Notes under the pieces: generated by a model
Told to the model about the DNA's origin: nothing
Seen by the model: only the letters and a program-made list of their open reading frames with translations
The model's database searches: none
NCBI GenBank assembly: GCA_905478245.1
Contig: CAJQHT010000030.1
Coordinates: 4,351-68,350 of the forward strand
DNA from: an uncultured Rickettsiales bacterium
Lineage (GTDB): Bacteria; Pseudomonadota; Alphaproteobacteria; Rickettsiales; UBA1997
Direction: 5' to 3'
Length of the DNA: 64,000 bases
Position numbers and translations under genes: made by a program
Shown: piece after piece, positions 36,476-46,927 of the stretch
Layout of the letters: every line of letters starts with the position of its first letter
Position numbering within the stretch: the first letter of the stretch is position 1

Positions 36476-37570
36476 TTAAGACGAAACTTTCTTCTCAATT
36501 AATGAAACTATATGATCCACCAACTCATCTGAATTAATTTTATGATTAGGCTTGCCATTTAAATAAACATTATGTCTATTATTATTTCCACCAGTAATGC
36601 CAATAGAAGTATGAGCTGCTTCACCAAGACCATTCACCACACAACCCAAAATTGAAACATCCAAAGACTCCTTGATATGTTCTACTCTTTTCTCAACCTG
36701 CTCTACAATCTTAATGACATCAAAAGCCTGACGAGCACAAGATGGGCATGAAATAATATTAATTCCCCTACTGCGCAAACCAAGTGATTTTAAAATATTA
36801 TAAGCAACTTTAATTTCCTCTTTTGGATTGGCAGATAAAGATACTCGCATCGTATCACCAATTCCATCAAACAATAATATTCCTAAACCAATTGATGATT
36901 TTACTGTTCCAGGCATCAAGGCGCCAGACTCCGTAATTCCAATATGCAAAGGATAATCACAAACTTTAGCTAAAGCACGATATCCAGAAATAGCTAACAA
37001 AGCATCAGAAGCTTTTACGCTAATTTTTATTTCAAAAAAATCATTATCTTCTAAAATTTTAATATGATTTAAAGCTGATTCAACCAAAGCCTCTGGTGTT
37101 GGAGTTTTATATTTATCAAGCAAGGATTGCTCAAGAGAGCCAGCATTAACACCTATCCTAATTGAACAACCGTAATCTTTTGCTGCTTTTACAACTTCTG
37201 CAACTTTAGCATTGCTGCCAATATTGCCCGGATTTATTCTTAAACATTTCGCGCCAGCTTTTGCTGCCTCTATTGCTCTTTTATAATGAAAATGAATATC
37301 AGCTATAATTGGCACATCGCACTTTGGAATAATTTTCTTTAAAGCTTCACTAGAATCGGAATCAGGCACAGAAATACGCATTAAATCAGCACCGAGCTCC
37401 GCACATTCATTAACCTGACGAATGGTAGCCTGTATATCAGTGGTCAGGCTATTGGTCATGGATTGCACTGAAATTTTTTCACCTCCGCCAATTCCAACAT
37501 CTCCAACAAATATCTTTCTTGACTCACGTCTCTCTATCTTGCGATATGGTCTAACATCTTCTATTGTCAT
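36476..37570 (-). CDS. ispG: 4-hydroxy-3-methylbut-2-en-1-yl diphosphate synthase
   Basis: [14 protein letters not shown], and the C-terminal Fe-S cysteines (ISCPSCAR...GCVVNGLGE). Confidence 0.95.
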   Translation of the reverse strand: MTIEDVRPYRKIERRESRKIFVGDVGIGGGEKISVQSMTNSLTTDIQATIRQVNECAELGADLMRISVPDSDSSEALKKIIPKCDVPIIADIHFHYKRAIEAAKAGAKCLRINPGNIGSNAKVAEVVKAAKDYGCSIRIGVNAGSLEQSLLDKYKTPTPEALVESALNHIKILEDNDFFEIKISVKASDALLAISGYRALAKVCDYPLHIGITESGALMPGTVKSSIGLGILLFDGIGDTMRVSLSANPKEEIKVAYNILKSLGLRSRGINIISCPSCARQAFDVIKIVEQVEKRVEHIKESLDVSILGCVVNGLGEAAHTSIGITGGNNNRHNVYLNGKPNHKINSDELVDHIVSLIEKKVSS

Positions 37571-37571
37571 A

Positions 37572-38672
37572 TTAATATCTTTCTAATTTATCTAAATTTA
37601 ATTCATGAAAATGGCACAAGAAATCAATAAAATACCCCTTATTATTTCTTAAAATATTTAATAATTTACCGCTATCTAGATAGTATTTTAAATAAAATAA
37701 AATAATAGTAAAGTCTTTAAATCCAGAGCCAGAATAGTTTTGGTAAGATTTTATATCATTAATTAAAAGAAAAGAAGAGACGGTAAAAATTCTTGAAATA
37801 ACAAATAATTCATCAATATCTTGATAATTTTGCCATTTTACATCATTATCAACATTAACTATTTCCAATGATTCTTGCAATAAACTCACTAATTTATCAT
37901 AATTTTCTGTAATTAAACAATCTTCAACAATCTTAATATTATTTTTATATTCAACTAAATACTTACTTATAAAAACCTTATTTAAATCAAAAATATCTTT
38001 CCAGATATTAATATCTGATTTTTGCAACCTGACATGTCTTGTTGTAATCAAATCATCAAATTCCCCACCCTGATCCAATTGATTTAAGTGAAAGGAAATT
38101 AATTGAGGCAAATGTGAAGTTAAGGCAAAAATCTTATCATGCTTAACATCCTCCATAACCTCAACATTAGAGCCCAATTTTTGCCAAAAAGATATAATTT
38201 TATTAATTTTATGATCGCTACATAGGCTATTCTGCGTGATTATTAACTTCTTTTCTTTAAATAAATCAGAAACAGAATTCTTAATGCCAGATTTCTCTAA
38301 CCCTGCAATTGGATGACAAGGTACAAAATTATTCGCTAATTTATTAAAATTTAGCAAAATATCAGATTTAACAAAAGATTTAACGGACCCGACATCAACA
38401 ATAATTGCATCATTATCAATTAATTTAACAATAGAATTTAAGATTGTGCTATAAGAGGATAAGGGTGATGCAATTATAACCAAATCCCTCTCCCCTATTC
38501 TGCTATCAAAATTATAAGATTTATCAATAATGTTATTTGTTAAGGCATAATTAATATTATCCATATTCCCGTCATAAGCCAATATCTCTTTTGCAATTTT
38601 TTTCATCGAAATATCCTTGGCAATTGAACCTCCAATTAACCCGATTCCAAATATAATTATTCTATCAAACAT
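37572..38672 (-). CDS. tyrA: Prephenate/arogenate dehydrogenase (TyrA family) with an extended C-terminal region
   Basis: NAD-binding [20 protein letters not shown], the catalytic [11 protein letters not shown], and [13 protein letters not shown]. The roughly 100-aa C-terminal extension has no assignable function. Confidence 0.75.
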   Translation of the reverse strand: MFDRIIIFGIGLIGGSIAKDISMKKIAKEILAYDGNMDNINYALTNNIIDKSYNFDSRIGERDLVIIASPLSSYSTILNSIVKLIDNDAIIVDVGSVKSFVKSDILLNFNKLANNFVPCHPIAGLEKSGIKNSVSDLFKEKKLIITQNSLCSDHKINKIISFWQKLGSNVEVMEDVKHDKIFALTSHLPQLISFHLNQLDQGGEFDDLITTRHVRLQKSDINIWKDIFDLNKVFISKYLVEYKNNIKIVEDCLITENYDKLVSLLQESLEIVNVDNDVKWQNYQDIDELFVISRIFTVSSFLLINDIKSYQNYSGSGFKDFTIILFYLKYYLDSGKLLNILRNNKGYFIDFLCHFHELNLDKLERY

Positions 38673-38711
38673 AAATTTATTTATTTAAAGTCAAACTTTA
38701 TACTAAACTAA

Positions 38712-38735
38712 TACCAAATCCTACCTTTAATCAAG
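38712..38735 (+). repeat. Solo MITE terminus, degenerate
   Basis: TACCAAATCCTACCTTTAATCAAG preceded by TAA (38709-38711). Confidence 0.4.
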
Positions 38736-38865
38736 TAAAATTATTAAAAAATCTGGATTTAATATACAATTTTATTCATTTACTAATTAAAATACTACTT
38801 GTAATTTAGTTTTAATTAAAATATAATCAGGCAAATTTTAAAAAATACTATATTTACTTTAATTA

Positions 38866-39027
38866 ATGAAAAAAATCCTCATTATTACACTTATATTATT
38901 AATAAATTCATGTTCAGCTGCCAAAATAGTTGACATCAAAAGCCCGTGCGTCTCAAATGAAGAAGGGCCATGTGGACCAAAAAAATCAATCAATGACTGG
39001 TGGATAAAATCAAAAATACAATCTTAA
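38866..39027 (+). CDS. Small cysteine-containing lipoprotein (53 aa); not in the ORF track
   Basis: Own translation gives MKKILIITLILLINSCSAAKIVDIKSPCVSNEEGPCGPKKSINDWWIKSKIQS. It has the lipobox LINSC, and the mature peptide has two further Cys (SPC...GPC). Confidence 0.6.
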   Translation: MKKILIITLILLINSCSAAKIVDIKSPCVSNEEGPCGPKKSINDWWIKSKIQS

Positions 39028-39044
39028 ATTTAAATTCAATAATT

Positions 39045-39395
39045 ATGTCTTTTGTAGAAAAATACGGTAAAAAAGCAGCAACAAACAGAACTGCAGATGC
39101 TTTACAAAGAAAATCTGCCCAACCTCCTATTGAAAAAAAAGCAGAAAATAAACTTGATAGTAAGAAATCTTCTAAAGCTGATCTTGTTTATTTAGTTAAA
39201 GGAATAGATGACAATAAAAATGCTTGGTACTATGTTTTAGTTGAAAGGCTTAAGGTATCTTTATTTCTAAAAGCACTTAATGATGACATCATACATTTAG
39301 AAAATTACGGCATAATACTATATTCAGCATATGGAGACCATCCACCAGAAGACATCACTGCAAAATTAAAAGACGAATATGGTATCGACGGATAA
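39045..39395 (+). CDS. Hypothetical protein
   Basis: 116 aa from ATG 39045 (MSFVEKYGKK...). The track's GTG start at 39000 overlaps the lipoprotein gene. A basic N-terminus is followed by AWYYVLVERLKVSLFLKAL...YGIILYSAYGDHPPEDI. I recognise no family. Confidence 0.5.
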   Translation: MSFVEKYGKKAATNRTADALQRKSAQPPIEKKAENKLDSKKSSKADLVYLVKGIDDNKNAWYYVLVERLKVSLFLKALNDDIIHLENYGIILYSAYGDHPPEDITAKLKDEYGIDG

Positions 39396-39424
39396 TAAAT
39401 AATTATTACACATTACTTAAAAAG

Positions 39425-40828
39425 ATGCCACCAGGCAATATTGTTAAAAAAATATTTAAAAATATCGTGAAACACCCTTTTAAAAGCTTGTTTATTATAG
39501 CCATTATCAGTATTGCATTTAGTTTATATTCTAATTTATCTCATTCAGTCAATCAAGAAAACCTATATCAGGCAGCTGACGAGAAACAAAATATAAAATA
39601 TAAAATTAACAAAAATTCAACGTCAACCTTAAAAGTTAATAATGACCTAATACAATCAATCATTGATAAAGTAAAGGAAAGTTACGTTGAGGAAAAAACA
39701 AATGATGAATTAGCAGAAGCTGCAGCAAATGGCATCTTAACCTCTCTTGATCCGCACTCATCATATCTCTCTCTAGATGGCTTTAAGGAACTACAAGTTC
39801 AAACCAAAGGTGAATTTGGTGGACTTGGTATTGAAATCACCATAGACAATTCTTTAATAAAAATAGTTTCACCAATAGAGGGAACTCCAGCATATAAAGC
39901 CGGCATAAAGGCAAGTGACTATATTAGCAAAATTAATGGCAAATCCACAATAGACATCACCATAGAAGATGCAGTTAAAAAATTAAGAGGCAAGCCAGGA
40001 ACAAAAGTAAATATAACCATTTTAAGAGAAGGTAAAGAAAACCCTTTAGAGTTTTACATAAAAAGAGAGATCATAAAAATTAAAGCCGTCAGATCAAAAA
40101 GATATGACGATGTAATCTATGTCAAAATAAATAGTTTTTCAGGGCAAGCTGAATCAGAAGTTACCTCAATCTTAAAGAAATTAACAAAAGAAATTGGCGC
40201 AAAAAAAGTTAAAGGAATAGTTCTGGATCTGAGAAACAATCCAGGAGGATTATTAAATCAATCCGTAAAAGTTAGTGATATTTTCCTAGATAAAGGAAAG
40301 GTAATTGTTTCCATAAAAGGAAGAGATAAAGGTGAAAATATAGAATATAAAGACCAGGAAGATCAAATTCTAACAAAAAATATTCCAGTTGCAGTTCTTA
40401 TCAATGAAGGCTCAGCCTCAGCTTCTGAAATTGTAGCGGGAGCATTGCAAGACAATAAAAGAGCATTAATACTCGGCACAAAATCATTCGGAAAAGGTTC
40501 AGTTCAATCAATAATTCCACTAAAAAATAACCAGGGAGCCATAAGAATGACAACCGCCCTTTATTACACCCCGTCAGATATATCAATCCAGGCAAAGGGA
40601 ATAGTTCCTGACATCATAATCACAGAGGCTAAAATAGAAAAATCAGAAGAAAAGAAACATGTCAGATCAGAATCGTCTCTGAATGGTCATATTAAAAATA
40701 ATGCCAGTAAAAATAAAAAGAAATCTAACATAAAGGATGACAATATAGATATCTATAATAAAGACTACCAATTAGCTAGAGCATTAGACTTAGTAAGGGG
40801 CATTAGTTTCTATAAAAGTGATCTATAA
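39425..40828 (+). CDS. ctpA: Carboxy-terminal processing protease (S41 family)
   Basis: N-terminal anchor, PDZ domain (GEFGGLGIEI...VSPIEGTPAYKAGIKASDYISKING), and the catalytic region LDLRNNPGGLL...NEGSASASEI...GTKSFGKGSVQ. Confidence 0.9.
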   Translation: MPPGNIVKKIFKNIVKHPFKSLFIIAIISIAFSLYSNLSHSVNQENLYQAADEKQNIKYKINKNSTSTLKVNNDLIQSIIDKVKESYVEEKTNDELAEAAANGILTSLDPHSSYLSLDGFKELQVQTKGEFGGLGIEITIDNSLIKIVSPIEGTPAYKAGIKASDYISKINGKSTIDITIEDAVKKLRGKPGTKVNITILREGKENPLEFYIKREIIKIKAVRSKRYDDVIYVKINSFSGQAESEVTSILKKLTKEIGAKKVKGIVLDLRNNPGGLLNQSVKVSDIFLDKGKVIVSIKGRDKGENIEYKDQEDQILTKNIPVAVLINEGSASASEIVAGALQDNKRALILGTKSFGKGSVQSIIPLKNNQGAIRMTTALYYTPSDISIQAKGIVPDIIITEAKIEKSEEKKHVRSESSLNGHIKNNASKNKKKSNIKDDNIDIYNKDYQLARALDLVRGISFYKSDL

Positions 40829-40857
40829 AAAATATTTTAAATATAAGCTATTTAAAA

Positions 40858-41799
40858 ATGAGGCTTGCCATAACATTAATTACATCAATTTTCCTAACAT
40901 TTAGCACTAACATATCAGCTAAAAACACAATAGAAGTAATAGCAGACATAAATGATCAAGTCATTACAGATCTAGATTTAAGAAAACGCTATAAATTTTT
41001 TATCAAAACCTCCAATATTAAAATAAATTCAGATTCAGAAAAAACTCTAATATCAAATCAATTATTAGAGAAGCTAATAGATGAAAATATACAAAATCAG
41101 AACGCTAAGAAACTAAATATATCTCTATCAGAAGAAGAGCTAGATAAAACATTGGAAGAAATAGCTTCGGCACAAAATTTTAAAAATAAAAAGGAATTGA
41201 TATCTCATCTTAAGCAAAATAATATTTCTTATCAAGAATATAGAAATCAAATAAAATCACAAATATTATGGAAAAAAATTATAACCAAGAAAATTCAACC
41301 AAGAATTATAATCAGTGAGTCAGATATAGATGAAATGATAGAATTAAAAAAAATAAATGCTAAAACAACTAATTTAAAATTATCAGAAATATTCATTCCA
41401 TTTAAAAACAAGCAAGAAGAAAAAGATTCTTTAATATTGATAAATAAGTTAGCGGCAGAAGTCCAAAATAAAAATAATAATTTTCATAATATTGCCAGAC
41501 AATTCTCCAAAGGCATAGCCAATAGTTCGGATCAAGAAATTGGCTGGATAGAAGAATCAAGCCTACATCCTAAAATATTTAAAGAGATTAAAAACCTAAA
41601 AATTAATGATGTAAGTAATCCGGTAAAATTATCAAATGGTTATTATATTTTTAAAATCATTGATAAAAATACCATTAAGAACCTAGAAAAAGAAGATGAA
41701 AACAAAATAAGGCAAATTATTTTTTATAAAAAATTAACATTAAACGCCAAGAAATATTTATCTAAAATAAAAAAAGAAGCATATATCAGAATTAGATAA
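40858..41799 (+). CDS. SurA-like periplasmic chaperone / peptidyl-prolyl isomerase
   Basis: Signal peptide, a SurA N-terminal-like helical region, and a single parvulin domain (FHNIARQFSKG...GWIEES...NPVKLSNGYYIFKI). Confidence 0.7.
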   Translation: MRLAITLITSIFLTFSTNISAKNTIEVIADINDQVITDLDLRKRYKFFIKTSNIKINSDSEKTLISNQLLEKLIDENIQNQNAKKLNISLSEEELDKTLEEIASAQNFKNKKELISHLKQNNISYQEYRNQIKSQILWKKIITKKIQPRIIISESDIDEMIELKKINAKTTNLKLSEIFIPFKNKQEEKDSLILINKLAAEVQNKNNNFHNIARQFSKGIANSSDQEIGWIEESSLHPKIFKEIKNLKINDVSNPVKLSNGYYIFKIIDKNTIKNLEKEDENKIRQIIFYKKLTLNAKKYLSKIKKEAYIRIR

Positions 41800-41805
41800 C
41801 ACTAA

Positions 41806-41850
41806 TACCAATTCCCATCTTTAATGAACAAATATAACTAAATATTTTTT
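41806..41850 (+). repeat. Partial MITE arm (variant 1)
   Basis: TACCAATTCCCATCTTTAATGAACAAATATAACTAAATATTTTTT preceded by TAA (41803-41805), 4 nt after the surA-like stop. Confidence 0.6.
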
Positions 41851-41944
41851 AATATAAATTATATTGATTATTATTTATGAAATTAGTATTATGCTGGAAT
41901 GTTTTTCTTAACAGATTTTTTAACAAAATAAACTTACGAATAAA

Positions 41945-42355
41945 ATGACAAAATTAATAAAATATTTTATATTATTTCTTATCACCCCTTCAATTGCAAT
42001 GGCTCAAGATGCGGCAGCTCCTCAATCTAGCTTTGCTAGCTTTGTACCATTAATATTAATATTTGTAATATTTTATTTTCTATTAATAAGGCCTCAGCAA
42101 AAAAAAGCCAAAGAACATCAAAGCATGATAATTAATCTAAAAATAGGTAATGATGTTTGTACAGCAAGCGGCATATTTGGTAAAATTAAAAAAATAGACG
42201 AAAAAGAAAAGGTAACTCATTTAGAAATAGCCGATAAAACTGTTATAATAATATTAACAGCCAGCATTAATCAAGTTTTAGATAGTAGTAAAATATCCAA
42301 AATGATTACAAAAACTGCCAACTCCCCTAAAAAGAAGGCTAAAAAAACAGCATAA
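41945..42355 (+). CDS. yajC: Preprotein translocase subunit YajC
   Basis: FVPLILIFVIFYFLLIRPQQKKAKEHQSMI...GDVCTASGIFGKI is the YajC signature. The true start may be the internal MAQD. Confidence 0.85.
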   Translation: MTKLIKYFILFLITPSIAMAQDAAAPQSSFASFVPLILIFVIFYFLLIRPQQKKAKEHQSMIINLKIGNDVCTASGIFGKIKKIDEKEKVTHLEIADKTVIIILTASINQVLDSSKISKMITKTANSPKKKAKKTA

Positions 42356-42358
42356 ATT

Positions 42359-43876
42359 ATGTTATTTTTTTCTAGATGGAAAATATTACTAGTAATATTT
42401 ATTTGTACATTTTCGATAATATTATCATCAGTTAATTTTCTACCACAGAATTCAAAAATTAGCAGCATAATACCAGCAAAACCAGTAAATCTAGGCCTTG
42501 ACTTAAGAGGAGGATCTCACCTACTCCTTCAAATAGATTTTAATTTTTATCTAAATGAAAAGTTAGAGAATCTTAAAAACAACCTAAAAAAAAGCCTCAG
42601 AAAACAAAGGGTCAGAACAATACCAACTCTACAAAATAATGCAATCAGCATCCTTGCAAAACATAAAGAAGAATCAAAAAAGATTCAAAAAATCATCAAA
42701 GAAATTGACAAAGACGTCTCAATTAAAACTAATGGCAATAATATAGAAATATCATTTTCCAAACAACAATTAATAAAAATAAAACGCAATTTAGTTGCCC
42801 AATCAATTGAAATAGTCAGAAGAAGAGTTGATGAAACAGGAACTAGGGAGCCTATAATACAAGCTCAGGGAAAAGACAGAATACTCCTACAAGTTCCAGG
42901 ACTTGATAATCCAACTCAAATAAAAAACTTACTTGGCCAAACCGCTAAAATGACATTTCACTTTACCGACTCCGGAAATCAGGCCGGAAGAAATAATAGA
43001 AAAATGTATGACGCAGAAGGTAATTTATATTTAGTGCAAAAAGAAATAATATTAAGCGGAGATTTATTAATTGATGCCAATACAACCTATTACGAGGGTC
43101 AGCCAGCTGTTAGCTTTAGATTTAACCACCTTGGAACACAGAAATTTGCTCAAATCACTCAAGATAATGTTGGGCGTATATTTGCCATAGTATTAGATGG
43201 TAAAATAGTAACAGCACCCAGAATTAACACACCTATCACTGAAGGAAGCGGCATTATTTCAGGCAGCTTCACTGTACAGGAAGCAAATGATGTTGCCCTC
43301 TTACTAAGAGCCGGGGCTCTCCCCGCTCCACTAACAATAATAGAGGAAAGAACTGTTGGTCCGTCTTTAGGCTTAGACTCAATTAAATCTGGAGCCTATG
43401 CTTCAATTGCCGGCTTAATATTAGTTACTATTTTTATGGTAATATTTTACAAAAAATCTGGCCTAATTGCTAACTTAGCATTAATAATCAATATTGCCTT
43501 AATATTAAGCGCTTTATCACTGATTGACGCCACCCTTACCTTACCTGGCATAGCTGGAATAGTTCTAACAATGGGTATGGCCGTTGATGCCAATGTATTA
43601 ATATTTGAAAGAATAAAGGAAGAGCTAAAAAGTAATCACAACTTAATAATATCAATTGACCGTGGATTCTCTCAAGCCTTTAGAACAATTATAGATTCAA
43701 ATATAACAACTCTAATTGCCGCTATATTACTTTATATTTTTGGAAATGGCCCGGTTAGAGGTTTTGCCGTAACTTTATCATTTGGCATAATTGCCTCAAT
43801 GTTCTGCGCTATTATGCTGACTAGGATGATGATATCAATTTGGATCAAGAAAAGAAAACCAAAAACAATTTTCTAA
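42359..43876 (+). CDS. secD: Protein translocase subunit SecD
   Basis: 505 aa with LGLDLRGGSHLLLQ, RRVDETGTREPIIQAQGKDRILLQVPG, GPSLG, and C-terminal RND-like TM helices. No secF follows. Confidence 0.93.
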   Translation: MLFFSRWKILLVIFICTFSIILSSVNFLPQNSKISSIIPAKPVNLGLDLRGGSHLLLQIDFNFYLNEKLENLKNNLKKSLRKQRVRTIPTLQNNAISILAKHKEESKKIQKIIKEIDKDVSIKTNGNNIEISFSKQQLIKIKRNLVAQSIEIVRRRVDETGTREPIIQAQGKDRILLQVPGLDNPTQIKNLLGQTAKMTFHFTDSGNQAGRNNRKMYDAEGNLYLVQKEIILSGDLLIDANTTYYEGQPAVSFRFNHLGTQKFAQITQDNVGRIFAIVLDGKIVTAPRINTPITEGSGIISGSFTVQEANDVALLLRAGALPAPLTIIEERTVGPSLGLDSIKSGAYASIAGLILVTIFMVIFYKKSGLIANLALIINIALILSALSLIDATLTLPGIAGIVLTMGMAVDANVLIFERIKEELKSNHNLIISIDRGFSQAFRTIIDSNITTLIAAILLYIFGNGPVRGFAVTLSFGIIASMFCAIMLTRMMISIWIKKRKPKTIF

Positions 43877-43895
43877 TTAAAAAGGAAACTTGGCA

Positions 43896-44099
43896 TTAAT
43901 CTAGCAATAGATCTTTAATATCTTCAATATCCTGATTATAGATATTTTCCTTACCCACATCTTTTTTCTCAATTCCATCTTTAGATAAATCTGGCATTAT
44001 CTCGAATTCAGGCGGTATAACCAAAGGATCGCTAGGTAAAGGCTTAGCACAAGCGCAAAATAGTAATAGAATCAATAAATAATATTTGTTATTTTTCAT
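43896..44099 (-). CDS. Small proline-rich lipoprotein
   Basis: 67 aa with lipobox LFCAC and a PLPSDPLVIPPEFEIMP motif. It overlaps the 3' end of lspA by 11 nt. It may belong to the alphaproteobacterial DUF3035-type lipoproteins, but that is unverified. Confidence 0.5.
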   Translation of the reverse strand: MKNNKYYLLILLLFCACAKPLPSDPLVIPPEFEIMPDLSKDGIEKKDVGKENIYNQDIEDIKDLLLD

Positions 44100-44613
44100 C
44101 TTTTTTTATAAAAAAATTCTCAAGTAAAAGCATGGTAACGCCAATAAAAACAAAACTATCAGCAAGGTTAAAGGCAGGCCAATGGTAATTATACATATGA
44201 AAATCTAAAAAATCAGCAACAGCTCCATTTATAATCCTGTCAGCTAGATTACCAAGAGCTCCACCAATAATAAAAGATAGAGATATCATTAAATATTGAT
44301 ATTTATTGCGAAAGAGCCAAACAATCAACGCGATAATTATTAAAATATTCAAAATAATTATAAATATTCTAGCATTATCAAGCTCACTAAACATACCAAA
44401 ACTAACACCATTATTTAAAACTTGTACCAAATTAAAGAAGCTAGTAATTTCAAGAACAGGATAATAAATAACTTCACTTAACTGTAAATTATTTAATAAA
44501 TTAAAAATATAATATTTCGAATATAAATCAAGAATCATAAAAATAAAAGCTAAAGACATTCCAGTAAAAAAGAACTTTCTTTTAATGAAGAATTGATTAA
44601 TATTTTTATACAT
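44089..44613 (-). CDS. lspA: Lipoprotein signal peptidase (signal peptidase II)
   Basis: Four TM segments with NNGVSFGMF, GGALGNLADR and FNLADS motifs. Confidence 0.93.
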   Translation of the reverse strand: MYKNINQFFIKRKFFFTGMSLAFIFMILDLYSKYYIFNLLNNLQLSEVIYYPVLEITSFFNLVQVLNNGVSFGMFSELDNARIFIIILNILIIIALIVWLFRNKYQYLMISLSFIIGGALGNLADRIINGAVADFLDFHMYNYHWPAFNLADSFVFIGVTMLLLENFFIKKDEK

Positions 44614-44642
44614 AAATATTTTATTAATAATTAAATTGTAAA

Positions 44643-45563
44643 ATGATTAAAGTAATTTTTATGGGAACTCCTGATTTTGCCTGCCCCACTCTACAGGAAT
44701 TAATTAATGACCCAGAAATAAAGATATTAGCAACTTACAGTAAAGAGCCAAGTATATCTGGTAGAGGTAAGAAAATTAATAATTCACCAATCCATAATCT
44801 TGCCCTTAAACATAAACTTAAAATATTAAACCCAAAAAACTTCAAAGACACAAAGGCAATAGAAGAATTTGCTAATTTTCAAGCTGATATAGCAATAGTA
44901 GTTGCATATGGATTAATTTTACCAGAAAAGATAATTAATGCAACAAAATTCGGATGCATCAATTTACACCCTTCTCTCTTACCCAAATATCGTGGAGCTG
45001 CACCCATTCAAAGAACGCTCATGAATGGCGATAAAATAACTGCTAACTGCGTTATCAAAATGGATAGTGGTATTGATAGTGGCGACATCATTAATCAAGA
45101 AATTATCAAGCTTGATAATAAAATTACTTATCAAGAATTGGCACATAAATTTGCCAATGAAGGCGCGGGAATCATTATTAAATCAATCAAAGAATTGGTA
45201 AATAATACCGCCATTCTTACCAAGCAAAATCACGAAATATCTAGCTACGCTAAAAAAATAGATAAATCAGAAGCAAAAATAGATTGGTCCAAAGATGTTG
45301 AGTCAATAAATCAACAAATAAGAGCGTTATCAGGAAATATTACTGCCTATTTTATTCATAATGATGAAAGAATTAAAATATTAAAAGCAAAAATTATAGA
45401 TTTCACAAAAGAAAATCAAAATTATGGCCAAATACTCAATGATAAAATGCATATTAGCTGCAAAGTTGGTATATTACAGCCAGAAATTTTGCAAAAATCA
45501 GGCAAAAAAGCTCTAAACCTAGAAGAATTCTTAAAAGGATTTAGTGGTTTTTTAAAAATATAG
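44643..45563 (+). CDS. fmt: Methionyl-tRNA formyltransferase
   Basis: IFMGTPDFA, CINLHPSLLPKYRGAAPIQR, and a C-terminal tRNA-binding domain. Confidence 0.95.
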   Translation: MIKVIFMGTPDFACPTLQELINDPEIKILATYSKEPSISGRGKKINNSPIHNLALKHKLKILNPKNFKDTKAIEEFANFQADIAIVVAYGLILPEKIINATKFGCINLHPSLLPKYRGAAPIQRTLMNGDKITANCVIKMDSGIDSGDIINQEIIKLDNKITYQELAHKFANEGAGIIIKSIKELVNNTAILTKQNHEISSYAKKIDKSEAKIDWSKDVESINQQIRALSGNITAYFIHNDERIKILKAKIIDFTKENQNYGQILNDKMHISCKVGILQPEILQKSGKKALNLEEFLKGFSGFLKI

Positions 45564-45594
45564 TAACAATTTTTATCTTTAGAATTTAAAGATC

Positions 45595-46806
45595 TTATAG
45601 ATTACGATCCAAATATTCCTTAATTTTAGCTATAAATTCTTCCGTTGTTAAGTAATCATCATTTTTTAACAATAAAGCTAAATCTTTGGTCATGCAACCA
45701 TCTTCAACCACTTTAATAATAATATTTTCTAATTTGTTACTAAAATCAGCCAAAGCAGAGTTATTATCAAGTTTTGCTCTATGTTTTAAACCACCAGTCC
45801 AGGCAAAAATAGAAGCAATAGGATTAGTTGATGTCTTCTCCCCTCTTTTATATTGATGATAATGCCTTGTAACAGTTCCATGAGCAGCTTCAGATTCAAC
45901 CACTTCACCATCGGGAGAAATTAAAACTGAAGTCATAAGACCTAAAGAGCCAAAACCCTGAGCTAAGCTATCTGACTGAACATCTCCATCATAATTTTTA
46001 CAAGCCCAGACAAATTTACCTGGTGATTTTAAGGCAAAAGCTACCATGTCATCAATTAGGCGATGTTCATAAAAAATTCCAGCCTCTTCAAATCTTTCTT
46101 TAAATTCAGATTGATATATTTCCGCAAAGATCTCAACAAACTCTGTATCATATATTTTTAAAATAGTATCCTTGGTGGACATATAAAGTGGCCATTTCTT
46201 TGATAAAGCCATATTAAAACAAGAATTAGCAAAATCTGCAATTGATTTTCTTGTATTATACATTGTCATAGCAACACCGTCACTATCATTAAAATCAAAA
46301 ACTTCATGCTCTTCTGATTTTCCATTTTCATCAACCAATTTTAAAAATAATTTTTGGCCTTTTTTAGTTTTAATATCAAAAGCTTTATATTGATCACCAA
46401 AAGCATGTCTTCCTATGCAAATTGGACTATTCCAAGTTCGAACAATTCTTGGAATATTAGAAATTATTATTGGCTCCCGAAAAACTGTTCCACCAATTAT
46501 ATTACGAATTGTTCCATTAGGAGATCTATGAATTTTTTTCAAATTAAATTCTTTTTGACGAGCTGGAGTAGCTGTAATTGTAGCGCATTTAACTGCAACC
46601 TTATGTTTTAGAGTAGCGTTAGCAGCATCAATTGTAATTTGATCATCGGTTTTATCTCTATTCTCAATAGACAGATCATAATAATCAATTGGCAAATCAA
46701 GATACGGGAAAATTAATTCATCCTTAATCATTTTCCAAATTATTCTTGTCATTTCATCACCATCAATCTCAACTATTTTATTTTCTACTTTAATTTTATT
46801 GGTCAT
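45595..46806 (-). CDS. icd: NADP-dependent isocitrate dehydrogenase, type II (eukaryote-like homodimeric subfamily)
   Basis: 403 aa with [35 protein letters not shown]-like [27 protein letters not shown] and AHGTVTRHY. Confidence 0.92.
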   Translation of the reverse strand: MTNKIKVENKIVEIDGDEMTRIIWKMIKDELIFPYLDLPIDYYDLSIENRDKTDDQITIDAANATLKHKVAVKCATITATPARQKEFNLKKIHRSPNGTIRNIIGGTVFREPIIISNIPRIVRTWNSPICIGRHAFGDQYKAFDIKTKKGQKLFLKLVDENGKSEEHEVFDFNDSDGVAMTMYNTRKSIADFANSCFNMALSKKWPLYMSTKDTILKIYDTEFVEIFAEIYQSEFKERFEEAGIFYEHRLIDDMVAFALKSPGKFVWACKNYDGDVQSDSLAQGFGSLGLMTSVLISPDGEVVESEAAHGTVTRHYHQYKRGEKTSTNPIASIFAWTGGLKHRAKLDNNSALADFSNKLENIIIKVVEDGCMTKDLALLLKNDDYLTTEEFIAKIKEYLDRNL

Positions 46807-46927
46807 TTTAAGTTTTTATTGTTTTTTTATATATGAATAATACTATTTCCTAAAGAATTAATTAAAAATTCCCAACAAAAAAGATTTCCTACAATATATT
46901 AAATATTATTGATTTTGCAAGCTATTT

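Noticed and set aside
39000-39044. GTG start at 39000 for the 131-aa ORF
   Set aside because: It overlaps the 3' end of the 53-aa lipoprotein gene. An ATG at 39045 with an upstream spacer is more plausible.
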